Origin: an uncultured virus (IMG/VR IMGVR_UViG_2654588052_000002)
Taxonomy: Duplodnaviria; Heunggongvirae; Uroviricota; Caudoviricetes
DNA length: 64,000 nucleotides
Direction: 5' to 3' (one strand)
Virus record (IMG/VR): IMGVR_UViG_2654588052_000002
Coordinates: 1 to 64,000 of that record
This document shows positions 18,762 through 29,559 of the stretch, one piece after another (within the stretch, counting starts at the first letter, position 1; each line of letters starts with the position of its first letter). The translations under genes and the position numbers were made by a program. Below the pieces are notes generated by a model. The model made no database searches. It was not told the origin of the DNA and saw only the letters and a program-made list of their open reading frames with translations.

Positions 18762-19607
18762 ATGTCAGTATCAACTTTTATTCCAACAATTTGGGAAGCG
18801 CGCTTGATGGCGAACTTTCACAAGCGTTCTATTGCGGATTTAATTACAACAACGCCAACGAAAATCGAAGGTAATAAGATTATCTTTAATCGTGTAGGCG
18901 CAGTAAATGTAAAAGATTATAATGGTACAATCGAATGGGATGATACTAACCCTTCTAAAGTAGAAATTAATATGGATCAACAAAAGTATTTTGCTTTCAA
19001 AGTTGATGATGTAGATGCAGTTCAGGCTGCTGGAGATTTAATCGACCCACATACACAAGAGGCAGGAGCGGTACTTCAGGAAACCGTTGATACATTCGTA
19101 TTAGGGCTTTATAAAGGCGCTCATAAAACTCATACAATTGGGAGTGACTCTAGTCCAATTGAGTTATCACCTAAAAATGCATATGATTACATTGTAGACT
19201 TAAATACGATTTTAAATATTAAAAAGGTTCCTAAAACTGAACGATTCACAATCATCAATTCTCAGGTTTTAGGTTTATTATCTAAAGATGATCGCTTTAC
19301 TAAGCAACCTGTTGTTTTAGAAAATGGTATTGTTGAAGGACAGATTATTAATGGATCACAAATCGTTGTATCAGAAGAAATTCACGGTACTAGTGGTAAG
19401 TATAAAATTTTAGGTCTTCATAAGTCTGCCATTGGATACGGGACACAGTTAACTGAAACAGAGGCACAACGTCTGCAAAATTCCTTTGCAGATGGTATTC
19501 GTGGTCTTATGGTTTATGGTGGAGATATCCTTCGTCAAGAGTCAATAGCGGTACTTACAGCTACAGTTACATCAATTACTCCGGAAAAACCAGGTGGAGG
19601 GGCTTAA
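18762..19607 (+). CDS. Major capsid protein
   Basis: FIPTIWEARL, DQQKYFAFKVDDVD, FADGIRGLMVYG. Confidence 0.88.
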   Translation: MSVSTFIPTIWEARLMANFHKRSIADLITTTPTKIEGNKIIFNRVGAVNVKDYNGTIEWDDTNPSKVEINMDQQKYFAFKVDDVDAVQAAGDLIDPHTQEAGAVLQETVDTFVLGLYKGAHKTHTIGSDSSPIELSPKNAYDYIVDLNTILNIKKVPKTERFTIINSQVLGLLSKDDRFTKQPVVLENGIVEGQIINGSQIVVSEEIHGTSGKYKILGLHKSAIGYGTQLTETEAQRLQNSFADGIRGLMVYGGDILRQESIAVLTATVTSITPEKPGGGA

Positions 19608-19650
19608 TAAGCCTTCTCCATTTTTTTCTTTTACGTAAGTAGGTGATTAG

Positions 19651-19962
19651 ATGAAAGATATGAAAGCAGAAATTTTAAAACGTGTAAAACTGCAAGTACC
19701 TAATATAAGTGATGAAAATTTATTAATAAGCATTGAAGATACAATGTTAATGGTTGCTGAGTACACCAATAGAACTATTCCTGAATTCCCTCCTGCTTAT
19801 ATTGGTATCATCGCTAAAATGGTGGTTCATCAGTATATGGAGCACGAGAGAGAAGGAAAGAAAAGTGAATCGTTAGGTAACTATTCTGTTACTTATGATG
19901 ATGTGGGAGATTATCCAGCAAGCGTCACAAAGGGGCTGAAAGTGAGGTTACGTGTTCGATGA
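19651..19962 (+). CDS. Head-tail connector
   Basis: EGKKSESLGNYSVTY motif; synteny. Confidence 0.82.
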   Translation: MKDMKAEILKRVKLQVPNISDENLLISIEDTMLMVAEYTNRTIPEFPPAYIGIIAKMVVHQYMEHEREGKKSESLGNYSVTYDDVGDYPASVTKGLKVRLRVR

Positions 19963-20303
19963 TTCAGTCAATGATACGCAAGTTTGGAAAAGATGCTACA
20001 GTACTTCGCAACGCTGGTTCTGATGATGGACCATATCCAACAGAAGAATGGAAAGAAATCAATACTGTTAAAGGTGTATTGGATGCTATCCAAGGGACAA
20101 AGGATGCTCGCAATAAAAAAATAGAAGAGAAAAGCACACATTTCTTTTACTGCATGCTTTTCGACGTAACTATTCAAGATAGATTAGTTATCGATAAGAA
20201 GGTATACAGCGTTACTTATCCGGGCGATCCAATGAATGCGGGTAGATTCTTTCAAATAGAATTGGAGATGTTGCCATATGAGCATGAAATTCCAATCCAA
20301 TAG
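19959..20303 (+). CDS. Head closure / stopper protein
   Basis: Synteny, size, DRLVID..Y.V motif. Confidence 0.72.
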   Translation: MIQSMIRKFGKDATVLRNAGSDDGPYPTEEWKEINTVKGVLDAIQGTKDARNKKIEEKSTHFFYCMLFDVTIQDRLVIDKKVYSVTYPGDPMNAGRFFQIELEMLPYEHEIPIQ

Positions 20304-20685
20304 AGCCGCTGTTATGGCGAGACATTTGGCTGCAAAGAAAGCAGCTCATACTGCTATTGGTAAATTTGTATCTTCTAAAGCTAAATTACTTGCTGCTGTC
20401 GACACTGGCAATTTAAGAAGAAGCATTAGTTCTAAAGCAGAGCAAGAAAAAGTTGTTATCGGTACTTCTGCTGATCATGGTATTTATGTTGAGAAGGGAA
20501 CAGGAATCTATGCTGTAGACGGTGATGGGCGTAAAACTCCTTGGATGTACCGTGACCCTAAAACAGGGAAGATGGTTAAAACTCAAGGGCAACATGCACA
20601 GCCTTTTCTTAGACCAGCAGCAGAGAGCAATAAACCGCAAATTACACAAGTTGGCACGCGAACCTATTCGTCGTTAATGAGGTAG
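20278..20685 (+). CDS. HK97 gp10-like tail component
   Basis: VDTGNLRRSI, YVEKGTG, AQPFLRPA. Confidence 0.88.
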   Translation: MSMKFQSNRAAVMARHLAAKKAAHTAIGKFVSSKAKLLAAVDTGNLRRSISSKAEQEKVVIGTSADHGIYVEKGTGIYAVDGDGRKTPWMYRDPKTGKMVKTQGQHAQPFLRPAAESNKPQITQVGTRTYSSLMR

Positions 20686-20690
20686 ATAGC

Positions 20691-21053
20691 ATGAATGACT
20701 TTATAAATATATTACACAGTGAATTAAAACAGATTCATAAAGAAACGTATTATGAAATCGCTAAAACAACCGCTGTAATGCCTTATTTGGTGTACATGGT
20801 TAATGATGATAAAGAACCATGGGGAAGAAAAAATATCATGCTTACAATTGATATTTACGGTACTTCTGCTCATCTTGCTCAAATAGATGAACTGATTACG
20901 AAACTAGAAAGCAATCTTCATAGAAAAAGATTAAGCAGCGCTGAATTTGGTGCTGCTATTTCTTATCTTTCGAGTCAGAAAGTACCTGATTCAGACCCAA
21001 ATATCATACGCAAAGAAGTGCGGTTCATTTTAAGAACTTATTTTAAACAATAG
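20691..21053 (+). CDS. Tail terminator / completion protein
   Basis: Synteny; PYLVY and TIDIY motifs. Confidence 0.72.
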   Translation: MNDFINILHSELKQIHKETYYEIAKTTAVMPYLVYMVNDDKEPWGRKNIMLTIDIYGTSAHLAQIDELITKLESNLHRKRLSSAEFGAAISYLSSQKVPDSDPNIIRKEVRFILRTYFKQ

Positions 21054-21067
21054 AAAGGGTTGATTAT

Positions 21068-21661
21068 ATGGCAGCTCCACAACCAAAACCAGAAAATGTT
21101 CTCTTCGGAGACTGGGGGGCATTCTTCTTTAATTACGGGGAAAAAGATGAACTACCAGTAGGTGCCACACAAGGTGGCGGTTCTTTTAAGTATGAACCAG
21201 AGTTTAAAGAAATTGAATATGATGGTTCTCCTGGTGACACTATGGGGATGAAACGTATTACGAAATCAAAAACTCAAATCAGTTTTAAAACACTTGAATT
21301 CCTTGATAAAGATAAAATTAAAAACTTTATTGCTGGATTAAAAGTATCAGAAGAGACTGTTACGAAAGATGGAAAAACCCTCAAATACGATGTAATTGAA
21401 GCAACGGAACGTCTTACGAAAGAAAGCTATCTTAAAAATGTAGCATGGGTTGGCGAAACTTTAGGTGGCGATATTGTTGAAATTATCGTATATAACGCAT
21501 TATCTGACGGTTCATTAGAACTAGGATTTGAAAATGAGAGTGAAGTTGTTCCAGAAGTAACATTCACAGGACATCGTGATCCAGAAAACATTCGAAAAGT
21601 ACCATGGAAAAAACGTATTTTAACAGCGACAGAAGCAGCAAAATTAATACCGGCAGGTTAA
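21068..21661 (+). CDS. Major tail tube protein
   Basis: GATQGGGSF..E..EIEYDG; VTFTGH; synteny. Confidence 0.82.
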   Translation: MAAPQPKPENVLFGDWGAFFFNYGEKDELPVGATQGGGSFKYEPEFKEIEYDGSPGDTMGMKRITKSKTQISFKTLEFLDKDKIKNFIAGLKVSEETVTKDGKTLKYDVIEATERLTKESYLKNVAWVGETLGGDIVEIIVYNALSDGSLELGFENESEVVPEVTFTGHRDPENIRKVPWKKRILTATEAAKLIPAG

Positions 21662-21707
21662 AAAGTAGGGGAAATCCCTGCTCTTTTTATTTTAAGGAGG
21701 AATAAAT

Positions 21708-22136
21708 GTGACTATTGCAATTCAAGAAAAAGAATACAAAGTGAGACAAATTCATGGCGGAGATTTATTTTCCGTAGTTCGTATTTTGAAGAAATCAAAA
21801 TTCAAGGTTGATATTAACTTGCTTAAAGATTTAATGATGGGTGTACGAAGTAAAGAAGGTGCAACACAAGCAGATGTATTAGCTGCACAAGAGATGTTCG
21901 GTTACGACATCATTATGAAGTTTATCTTTGGATTAGAAGAAGCTGAGCAAGAATTTTTCGAGTTTATTTCTGATCTATTAGTGTGTGAAGATGAAAACGG
22001 TAAAAAAACATCCCCAGATTGGGAAACAATACGAACTTTAAATCTAGAAGAGTTAGCGAAGTTGTTTACTGCAATTAAAAACTCAGAAGTTGGACTGGTT
22101 AAGCTTTTTTCCAATGCGGTGAACTTGATGAAATAG
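21708..22136 (+). CDS. Tail assembly chaperone (G)
   Basis: Between tail tube and tape measure; slippery CTTTTTTC at 22104-22111. Confidence 0.8.
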   Translation: MTIAIQEKEYKVRQIHGGDLFSVVRILKKSKFKVDINLLKDLMMGVRSKEGATQADVLAAQEMFGYDIIMKFIFGLEEAEQEFFEFISDLLVCEDENGKKTSPDWETIRTLNLEELAKLFTAIKNSEVGLVKLFSNAVNLMK

Positions 22137-22447
22137 ACTTCATCGATACGTTAGCTTCTCGTTATCCGAACATGGAGTACATACGTGGTTTGGATGCCGA
22201 GATAGTTATTAATTTGTATCTCACCGCAAAGAAAAAAGAGATGGACCGCATGTTATGGGAAGAATGGTGCGCCCTACAACCATACTGCGATGAAACATTT
22301 CCTCAATTTAAACATAAGCGTGAAAATCCAACGCAAGAACAGGTACAACAATACAATGATTTAATCGAACAACTACCGAAACAGAAACTCACGAAAAAAG
22401 AAGTGTTCGCTCGAGTTGCGAAAATCCGCGGAAAGGCGGGTGAATAG
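22104..22447 (+). CDS. Tail assembly chaperone frameshift extension (GT)
   Basis: -1 frame is open from the T run through ORF 22172-22447. Confidence 0.72.
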
Positions 22448-25387
22448 ATGGAATTATTTAAGATGTTTGGATCAATCTTCTTAAAGGACGATCAGCTACA
22501 AAGAGGATTGGCTAACGCTGAAAGAAGTGGACAACGAACAACTGGTATTTTAGGTCGTGGATTCGGACAAGTCGGGCAAGCAGCAGTAGGATTAGGTTCT
22601 TCTGTTGGCGGTGCTGCTATAGCTATGGGTGGATTAGTCGGTGTTACAGTAGGGGTAGGAGCTGCGATTGCTGGTGTAGTAAAAGTCGGTTCTGAATATA
22701 CCCAACAGATGTCAAAAGTAGAAGCTCTCTCTGGTTCTAATGCTTTACAAATGGCTGAACTGGGAGCGAACGCACGTAAATTAGGTGCTGAAACACGTTG
22801 GTCAGCTACAAACGTAGCTCAAGCCTATGAATATATGGCCCTTGCAGGTTGGGACTCCAACCAAATGATTGCAGCTAGTAAACCGCTACTTGACTTAGCG
22901 ACAGCTGGTGCATTAGACCTTGCAAAAGCTTCAGATATAGTAACCGATACAATGACTCCATTTGGTATGAAAGCTTCAGAAGCAGGAAGAGCTGCTGACG
23001 TATTCGCGCTGGCCCAAGCGACTGCCAATTTAAACGTTGAGCAGCTGGGCGAAACCATGAAATACGCTGCTCCAGTAGCGGCTACATTTGGTTTGAATAT
23101 TGAAGAAACTGCCGCAATTGCTCAGATATTTGCAAATAACGGTATTAAAGCTTCAATGGCTGGTACGGCATTACGTGCTGGTTTATCTCGGTTAGCAGCA
23201 CCACCAAAAGAGGCTGCTAAATCATTATCTGCATTAAATGTAACTGTTAAAGATTCTGAAGGTAACATGAAACCAATGAATGAAATCATCGGACAGTTAC
23301 ATGACGGATTTGGAAAGTTATCTGAATCTCAACAAATTGCCGCTGCAAAAGCAATATTCGGTGAGGAAGCCTATGCAGGGTGGATTCAAGTTATCAAGGG
23401 TGGACAACCTGCATTTGATGATATGGTAAATACACTAGAAACTTCTGAAGGTTCTGCCAAAGTTATGGCTGAAACAATGGCCAACAACTTATCGGGTGCA
23501 GTTGACGGAGTTAAATCTAGATTAGAGAATTTGGGACTTGTTGTATTTTCTCATGTTGAACCTGCACTTGTTGCTATGACTAATGGAACAAATAGCGCAG
23601 TGAAATCTCTTACTGACTGGCTTGATCCATCTGGTAAAGCGGTCGAAGCAGCTAAATTAATGCAACAAACTGATCAGCAGTTAGCTCAATCTAAAGCTGT
23701 TCTTGATATGAATCTCAAAAAGGGGAAAATAACGCAAGAAGAGTATAACGAAAAGTTAGCTCTATCTAAGAAGCATGCCGAAGATATGATGAACGCTGAT
23801 GGTATGTTAGCTCAGAAAAAAGAAGAGTTAAAAATGAAGGTTGAAGAAGGGAAAATGACTCAGGAAGAAGCTAATAAAATTCTTGATGAGTCTGAGGTTG
23901 AATATCAAAAACTTCAACAAGGTATTGAACAAACACGTCAACGGCAAGAAGCTATGAATAAGGTATTCGAACCACTTCGTAATGCCATTGGTATCATCCA
24001 ACAAGTAGGCGCTGCGATTGAGCAGTTCTGGATTGCTGCAACTGGAGATAGAGATGCGCTAGTTGAAGGGTATGACATCCTTACTAAACTAGGTTTTTCA
24101 TCTAATGCAATTCAGTTTATACAAGAAACTACCGCCGCTGTACAGTATGGTATAGAAACGATGAAAGCTCTCGTATCTGGCGATTGGGGATCTGCTAGTA
24201 ACTTCTTAGATAAGTTAGGTTTTTCACCTGAACAAAAAGCAGATATTATTATGTTCGTTCAGGATGTGCACGCTCAATTGAGTAGTTTCATAGAAAATGT
24301 ACAAGCTTTGATAGCAGCGCAAGCACCAGTAATTATGGGAATAATCGGCGCTACTTGGGACTTTATTAAAGGTGTATTCAATACAATAGCTCCTTACTTA
24401 ATGCCTTTACTGACAGATGTAATGTCGTTTGTAAATGGGATTATATCTCAAATCACTTCGTTTTGGAAAGAAAACGGAAATCAAATTGTACAAGCTGTAA
24501 AAAATGCCTTCTCAATCATTCAATCTATTATAGCTTTTGTAATGCCAGCTGTAATGATGATTGTAAAAAGTGCATGGGACGCTATAAAAGATATTATCCA
24601 GGGTGCTGTTAATCTCATTATGGGAATTATTAAATTTTTCGCATCTGTTTTAACTGGTGATTTCTCTGGAATGTGGGCAGGGATAAAACAAATCTTCAGC
24701 GGTGCAATCCAGTTAATCTGGGGGCTTATCCAATTTTCGTTTGTTAAACAAATTTTTGGTGCAGTGAAAGGGCTCGCATCTTCTTTTGGCTCTACGATTA
24801 GTAGCATGTGGTCTACTGTTGTTGGATATTTCAAGACATTTATTAAGGAACCAATCGCTTCTGTAGTTCGTATGGCAATTGATATAGGTGAAGCTGCTAT
24901 GAAAATTAAAGACAAACTGATTAATCCTATTAAAGAAGCTTGGAGTGGAATTATGGGCTGGATTGATAAAATTAAAAACGGTGTAGCGAATATGTTTAGT
25001 GGCGTTCACATTCCTGTTCCGAAGATTAGTGTAAATGGATCATTAAACCCGATAAATTGGGCAAGTGAGGGGCTTCCTTCATTTAGTGTCAAATGGGCAG
25101 CAAACGGCGCTTTAATCAAGCCTGGTAATCCTACATTGATTGGTGTCGGCGACGCGAGAGGATATGACGAAACTGTTTTGCCTCTCCGTAAACAAACATT
25201 CGATGCGATTGCCAATGGAATAATGGGATCGCTACCATTAGTACAACAAGCTGGGGCACAACAATACGCATCACAAAGCCCAACTGTTTTGCAAATCAAT
25301 CTAAACGGACGAGAAATAGCGAAGGAAATTTACTCAGATGTTAATGAATTTCAAGAACAAGAAAAAGAAAGACGTAAAGTATTTTAG
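22448..25387 (+). CDS. Tape measure protein (TP901 family)
   Basis: 979 aa; AYEYMALAGW, LGETMKYAAPVA, AGTALR; amphipathic Trp/Phe repeats. Confidence 0.93.
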   Translation: MELFKMFGSIFLKDDQLQRGLANAERSGQRTTGILGRGFGQVGQAAVGLGSSVGGAAIAMGGLVGVTVGVGAAIAGVVKVGSEYTQQMSKVEALSGSNALQMAELGANARKLGAETRWSATNVAQAYEYMALAGWDSNQMIAASKPLLDLATAGALDLAKASDIVTDTMTPFGMKASEAGRAADVFALAQATANLNVEQLGETMKYAAPVAATFGLNIEETAAIAQIFANNGIKASMAGTALRAGLSRLAAPPKEAAKSLSALNVTVKDSEGNMKPMNEIIGQLHDGFGKLSESQQIAAAKAIFGEEAYAGWIQVIKGGQPAFDDMVNTLETSEGSAKVMAETMANNLSGAVDGVKSRLENLGLVVFSHVEPALVAMTNGTNSAVKSLTDWLDPSGKAVEAAKLMQQTDQQLAQSKAVLDMNLKKGKITQEEYNEKLALSKKHAEDMMNADGMLAQKKEELKMKVEEGKMTQEEANKILDESEVEYQKLQQGIEQTRQRQEAMNKVFEPLRNAIGIIQQVGAAIEQFWIAATGDRDALVEGYDILTKLGFSSNAIQFIQETTAAVQYGIETMKALVSGDWGSASNFLDKLGFSPEQKADIIMFVQDVHAQLSSFIENVQALIAAQAPVIMGIIGATWDFIKGVFNTIAPYLMPLLTDVMSFVNGIISQITSFWKENGNQIVQAVKNAFSIIQSIIAFVMPAVMMIVKSAWDAIKDIIQGAVNLIMGIIKFFASVLTGDFSGMWAGIKQIFSGAIQLIWGLIQFSFVKQIFGAVKGLASSFGSTISSMWSTVVGYFKTFIKEPIASVVRMAIDIGEAAMKIKDKLINPIKEAWSGIMGWIDKIKNGVANMFSGVHIPVPKISVNGSLNPINWASEGLPSFSVKWAANGALIKPGNPTLIGVGDARGYDETVLPLRKQTFDAIANGIMGSLPLVQQAGAQQYASQSPTVLQINLNGREIAKEIYSDVNEFQEQEKERRKVF

Positions 25388-25399
25388 GCAGGTGATGGT

Positions 25400-26872
25400 A
25401 TGACGGGAATTAGTTTCTTTAGTTTTAATGGGGAGAGGAATCCGAATGTAATACCATTGCAGGGTAAAAAACGCCCTGCATGGGCTCCTTTGGAACGTAC
25501 ATTTCTTGAAGTTCCCCACTATCCAGGTGGGCGTTTGATAAGAACACAAACAAAAATGAGGAAAATAATTGTACCAGTTTCATTATTTTATGAATCTATG
25601 GAAGAAGCCGAAAAGTTAAAGGAAGAAATAGCTAATTGGCTTATTACAGACCAACCTCAAGAACTGATCTTTGATGATGAAAAAGATCGTACGTATTTGG
25701 CCGTTATTGATGAATCTTTTGACCCACAGCAATTAGTGAATTTAGGAGAAGGAGTACTTACTTTTATTTGTGAAATGCCATATAAATTAGGTCCTACAAG
25801 AATCGTAGAATTTCAAGCTAATGAGCGTGGGCTAGTGGCGAATATTCAAAACAAAGGAAGTCTTGAATCTAACCCAATTATTAAAATTGAGGTAACGAAA
25901 CCCTCAACTTTTCTTGATGTATGGAATGGAGATAATTACTTTCGTATTGGATGGCCGCTTAGAATGGATCAGGTACCTGTTGAGAGAAATCAGCGTGTTA
26001 TGTGGGATGAAATGTCTACCACTATAGGATGGACGGATGTTCCGAATGCAGAAGATATGGTAGGGGGAGGAGCTTTCAAAGTGGATGCAGGCTCACGCCT
26101 AGTTCCGGTTTATTTAGGTGAAACAAACATAAAAGGATGGCATGGTTGCATAGCCAAAAAGAACATTCCGCAAGGGCCACTGCAAGACTTTATTATGCAG
26201 GCGTATGTTGGGGTAAGAAGCTCGCATCCAGATCAAATGGGACGCGTTGAAATAGGTTTATTGGATGAAAACAGCGACTATGTAGCGCGTATTTCTATGA
26301 ATGATGTCCATTGGCAAGCTGAACAAAATACAGGGTTCGCTAAGCTTGGCAACAAAAAGAAACCAGCTGGTGAGCAAGTACTTATAAATGAACCAGGGGA
26401 CCATCCTACTACATGGAATCAATATCGTGGTCGCTTGTGGTTAGCACGTACCGGTAATAGGTGGGAAGCGTATATTTCTAAGTTTTTATGGAATACCGAA
26501 AAGGATGACTCGGAACGCTTTGTTGTGTGGGAAGATGAAAACAATGTGAATATGGACAAAGTGGCACAAGTTCAAATTAGCATCAGTCAATTTTCGGATA
26601 ACATGTTCTGTACAGACATGAGCATTGATGATTTGAAAATCTGGAAGGTCAATATGAATACACAAGATAATCCACCTTACATTTTTGATGTTGGAGATAA
26701 GGTAGTTATTGACACCGAGCGAAGCCTTGTATCGATTAATGGTAAAAAAGTTATAAATTTAAAAGATATATTCAGTGATTATCCAGTTGTTAGCAAAGGA
26801 TCAAACAAGCTTGAAATTATGCCTTCCGATGTGGGAATAGCCAAAGTAACATATAGGGAGAGATATCGATGA
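25400..26872 (+). CDS. Distal tail protein (Dit) with inserted domain
   Basis: FSFNG start, ELIFDDEKDRTY, FICEMPYK; large central insertion. Confidence 0.85.
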   Translation: MTGISFFSFNGERNPNVIPLQGKKRPAWAPLERTFLEVPHYPGGRLIRTQTKMRKIIVPVSLFYESMEEAEKLKEEIANWLITDQPQELIFDDEKDRTYLAVIDESFDPQQLVNLGEGVLTFICEMPYKLGPTRIVEFQANERGLVANIQNKGSLESNPIIKIEVTKPSTFLDVWNGDNYFRIGWPLRMDQVPVERNQRVMWDEMSTTIGWTDVPNAEDMVGGGAFKVDAGSRLVPVYLGETNIKGWHGCIAKKNIPQGPLQDFIMQAYVGVRSSHPDQMGRVEIGLLDENSDYVARISMNDVHWQAEQNTGFAKLGNKKKPAGEQVLINEPGDHPTTWNQYRGRLWLARTGNRWEAYISKFLWNTEKDDSERFVVWEDENNVNMDKVAQVQISISQFSDNMFCTDMSIDDLKIWKVNMNTQDNPPYIFDVGDKVVIDTERSLVSINGKKVINLKDIFSDYPVVSKGSNKLEIMPSDVGIAKVTYRERYR

Positions 26873-29559
26873 GAGCACCTAGCGGCACACTTCATGTCAT
26901 TGATTTTAAAACGGACCAAATTGTTGCTAATATCCAGCCACAAAATTATTGGGATGATATACGTCATTGGGAGATTAAGAACAATATCGATACTTTAGAG
27001 TTTAAAGTGTTTGATAATACAGAGCATGCAGTGACACTTATGCAGCAAAATTTAGTATTAAAAGAAGTACGTGATGGACGGATTGTTCCTTATGTTATAA
27101 ATAATGAAGTTGAAAAGGATTCAAGAGATAGATCACTTACTGTACGTACTTCGGGTGCATGGGTTCAGATAGCAAAAGACGGTTATATCATGCCGCAACG
27201 TATAGAAGGTAAAACAGTAAATCAATTCATGGATATGGCTCTTGTAGGTACGAAGTGGAAACGCGGAAAAACTGAGTATGCAGGTTTCCATACAATGACC
27301 ATCGATACCATTATAGATCCTCTTACCTTTTTAAAGAAGATAGCTGCTTTATTCGATTTAGAGGTTCAATACCGTGTGGAAGTAGTCGGTTCACAGATTG
27401 TAGGTTGGTACGTGGATATGGTGAAAAAACGTGGTAGAGACACTGGTAAGGAAGTCACTTTAGGTAAAGATTTAGTCGGTGTTAGACGTATTGAGCACTC
27501 TCGGGATGTCTGTACTGCCTTAGTCGGATTCGTCCAGGGCGAAGGGGATACCATTATTACAGTTGAAAGCATTAATGATGGTTTACCTTATATTACTGAT
27601 AGCGATGCCTATCAACGCTGGAATGAGAACGGTAAACATAAATTTGGTTTCTATTCTCCGGAGACAGAAGAACAAAATATGACACCAAAGCGTCTCCTTA
27701 CTCTTATGAAAACAGAGTTCGCAAAACGCGTTAATACTTCTGTTGTTTACGATGTAGAAGCAGCGGCTATAGGGCGTGTATTCGGATTATCTCACGAGCT
27801 AATTAATGAAGGCGATACAATTCGAATTAAAGATACTGGATTTACACCGAAACTTTATTTAGAAGCACGGGTAATCGGTGGTGATGAATCATTTACAGAC
27901 CCTTCACAAGATAAATATGTATTTGGTGATTATCGCGAAATTACCGATCCGAATGAAGAAATGCGGAAATTATACAATAGGCTTCTTGGGCAATTAACTG
28001 GTAAGGCAAACAAAGAATTGTTGGATCAGCTAGAAAAATTGGTAGAAGAGAACGGAAAAACAATTGAAACCATACGAGAAGAGTCTAAAGCCGTTAAAGA
28101 GTTAGCACAAAAAGTTCAAGAAAATTTGAAGAATAATACCGTTAATATCATTGAATCTAAGCAGCCACCCACAGAGAATCTTCAAATTGGTAAAACGATA
28201 TGGCGAGATATTAGTACCGGTAAGCCTGGTTTTTTAAAAGTGTGGAACGGTAAGGATTGGGAACTTCTTATTCCTGATGTAGAGTCAGTAAAGGAAGAAA
28301 CACTGAAACAAGTTAATAAAGATATTCAGCTTACAAAAGAAGAATTAAACAAAAAAGTAGAAGAAGCGCAAAGTGAAACCAATGGACAATTTAAGGAAGT
28401 TAAAAACAGTCTCCAAGGAGTTTCACAAACTATTAAAAATGTACAAAACTCTCAAGGTGAAATTAATAAAACTGTTTCTGAAATGAAACAAACTAACGAG
28501 GGTTTTACTAAATCTATTGAATCGTTAACAAAAAAAGATGGTGAAATCGCTGAAAAATTAAATAAAGTGGTAGAGACTGCTGAAGTTACGAAAAAGACCA
28601 TCTCTGAGGTGCAGCAAACAACTAATAATCTAAAGAAAACCACAACTGAAATTACAGAAAAAGCTGGCCAGGTTAGTGAGAAGTTGGAGAGCGTAGAAAA
28701 GAAAGTTAATAATGATAAAGCTGGAGGACGTAATCTTTTATTAGATTCAAATGTTAAATACGAAAAAACAGATTATCTAATCAATCCATATTCTTTAACT
28801 GAAAATTTTGTTGCAGGCGAGGAATACACTTTTGTAATTAAAGGAAGTGTCCCGCAAGGCCAACAATTTGGAATTTGGCAGAATGGTGGTTCAAATAATG
28901 TTGGATATGCAACAAGTGCCTATGCTAACGGAATAACTTATGTAACTTTCAAAGCTGTTGCAACTACAAGTGGGAATGAACGGAGATTAAACTTATATAA
29001 TTATCCAAATAATGCTACAAAGGCAATTGTAGAATGGGTTGCTTTATATAAAGGGAATAAGCCGCAGGATTGGACACCAGCTCCAGAAAATCAAGTAACG
29101 AATGATGAATTCACTAAAAAAACAACCGAGATTGAAAAAAGTGTGAATGGTATTAAAGAAAGTATTAAAACGGTAGAAAAAACACAAGTCGATTTTAGCG
29201 AGCGTGTGACTACTGTAGAGAAAACAGCAGACGGTATTAAAGAAAAAGTTACTAGTTTACAAGAGATACAAACTAAACAAGGTACGCAGTTACAGGAGGC
29301 TAAAGCAGGTTGGGAAACTACTGCAAAAGCTTTGGAAGGAAAAGTTGAAATAAAAGATGTTGAAGATTATGTTGGTGGGATCGGTAATCAAACTGTATTA
29401 CGGAATGTTCTTTGGAAGAATGACACAAAATATTTTGGGTTCTTCAATCAGGTGCAACAAGAGATACACAAGTCACTTATAAGGGATGCAATTCACTTAG
29501 TGTTATTACTGCAGGTAATGCGAGCAATTTGTATAAAGGTGCATCGCACGAGTATATAA
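26869..29559 (+). CDS. Tail spike / Tal protein, N-terminal part
   Basis: Phage tail endopeptidase-like N-terminus, coiled coils, GGRNLL / DWTPAPE motifs; sense appears to be lost after ~29433. Confidence 0.85.
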   Translation: MRAPSGTLHVIDFKTDQIVANIQPQNYWDDIRHWEIKNNIDTLEFKVFDNTEHAVTLMQQNLVLKEVRDGRIVPYVINNEVEKDSRDRSLTVRTSGAWVQIAKDGYIMPQRIEGKTVNQFMDMALVGTKWKRGKTEYAGFHTMTIDTIIDPLTFLKKIAALFDLEVQYRVEVVGSQIVGWYVDMVKKRGRDTGKEVTLGKDLVGVRRIEHSRDVCTALVGFVQGEGDTIITVESINDGLPYITDSDAYQRWNENGKHKFGFYSPETEEQNMTPKRLLTLMKTEFAKRVNTSVVYDVEAAAIGRVFGLSHELINEGDTIRIKDTGFTPKLYLEARVIGGDESFTDPSQDKYVFGDYREITDPNEEMRKLYNRLLGQLTGKANKELLDQLEKLVEENGKTIETIREESKAVKELAQKVQENLKNNTVNIIESKQPPTENLQIGKTIWRDISTGKPGFLKVWNGKDWELLIPDVESVKEETLKQVNKDIQLTKEELNKKVEEAQSETNGQFKEVKNSLQGVSQTIKNVQNSQGEINKTVSEMKQTNEGFTKSIESLTKKDGEIAEKLNKVVETAEVTKKTISEVQQTTNNLKKTTTEITEKAGQVSEKLESVEKKVNNDKAGGRNLLLDSNVKYEKTDYLINPYSLTENFVAGEEYTFVIKGSVPQGQQFGIWQNGGSNNVGYATSAYANGITYVTFKAVATTSGNERRLNLYNYPNNATKAIVEWVALYKGNKPQDWTPAPENQVTNDEFTKKTTEIEKSVNGIKESIKTVEKTQVDFSERVTTVEKTADGIKEKVTSLQEIQTKQGTQLQEAKAGWETTAKALEGKVEIKDVEDYVGGIGNQTVLRNVLWKNDTKYFGFFNQVQQEIHKSLIRDAIHLVLLLQVMRAICIKVHRTSI

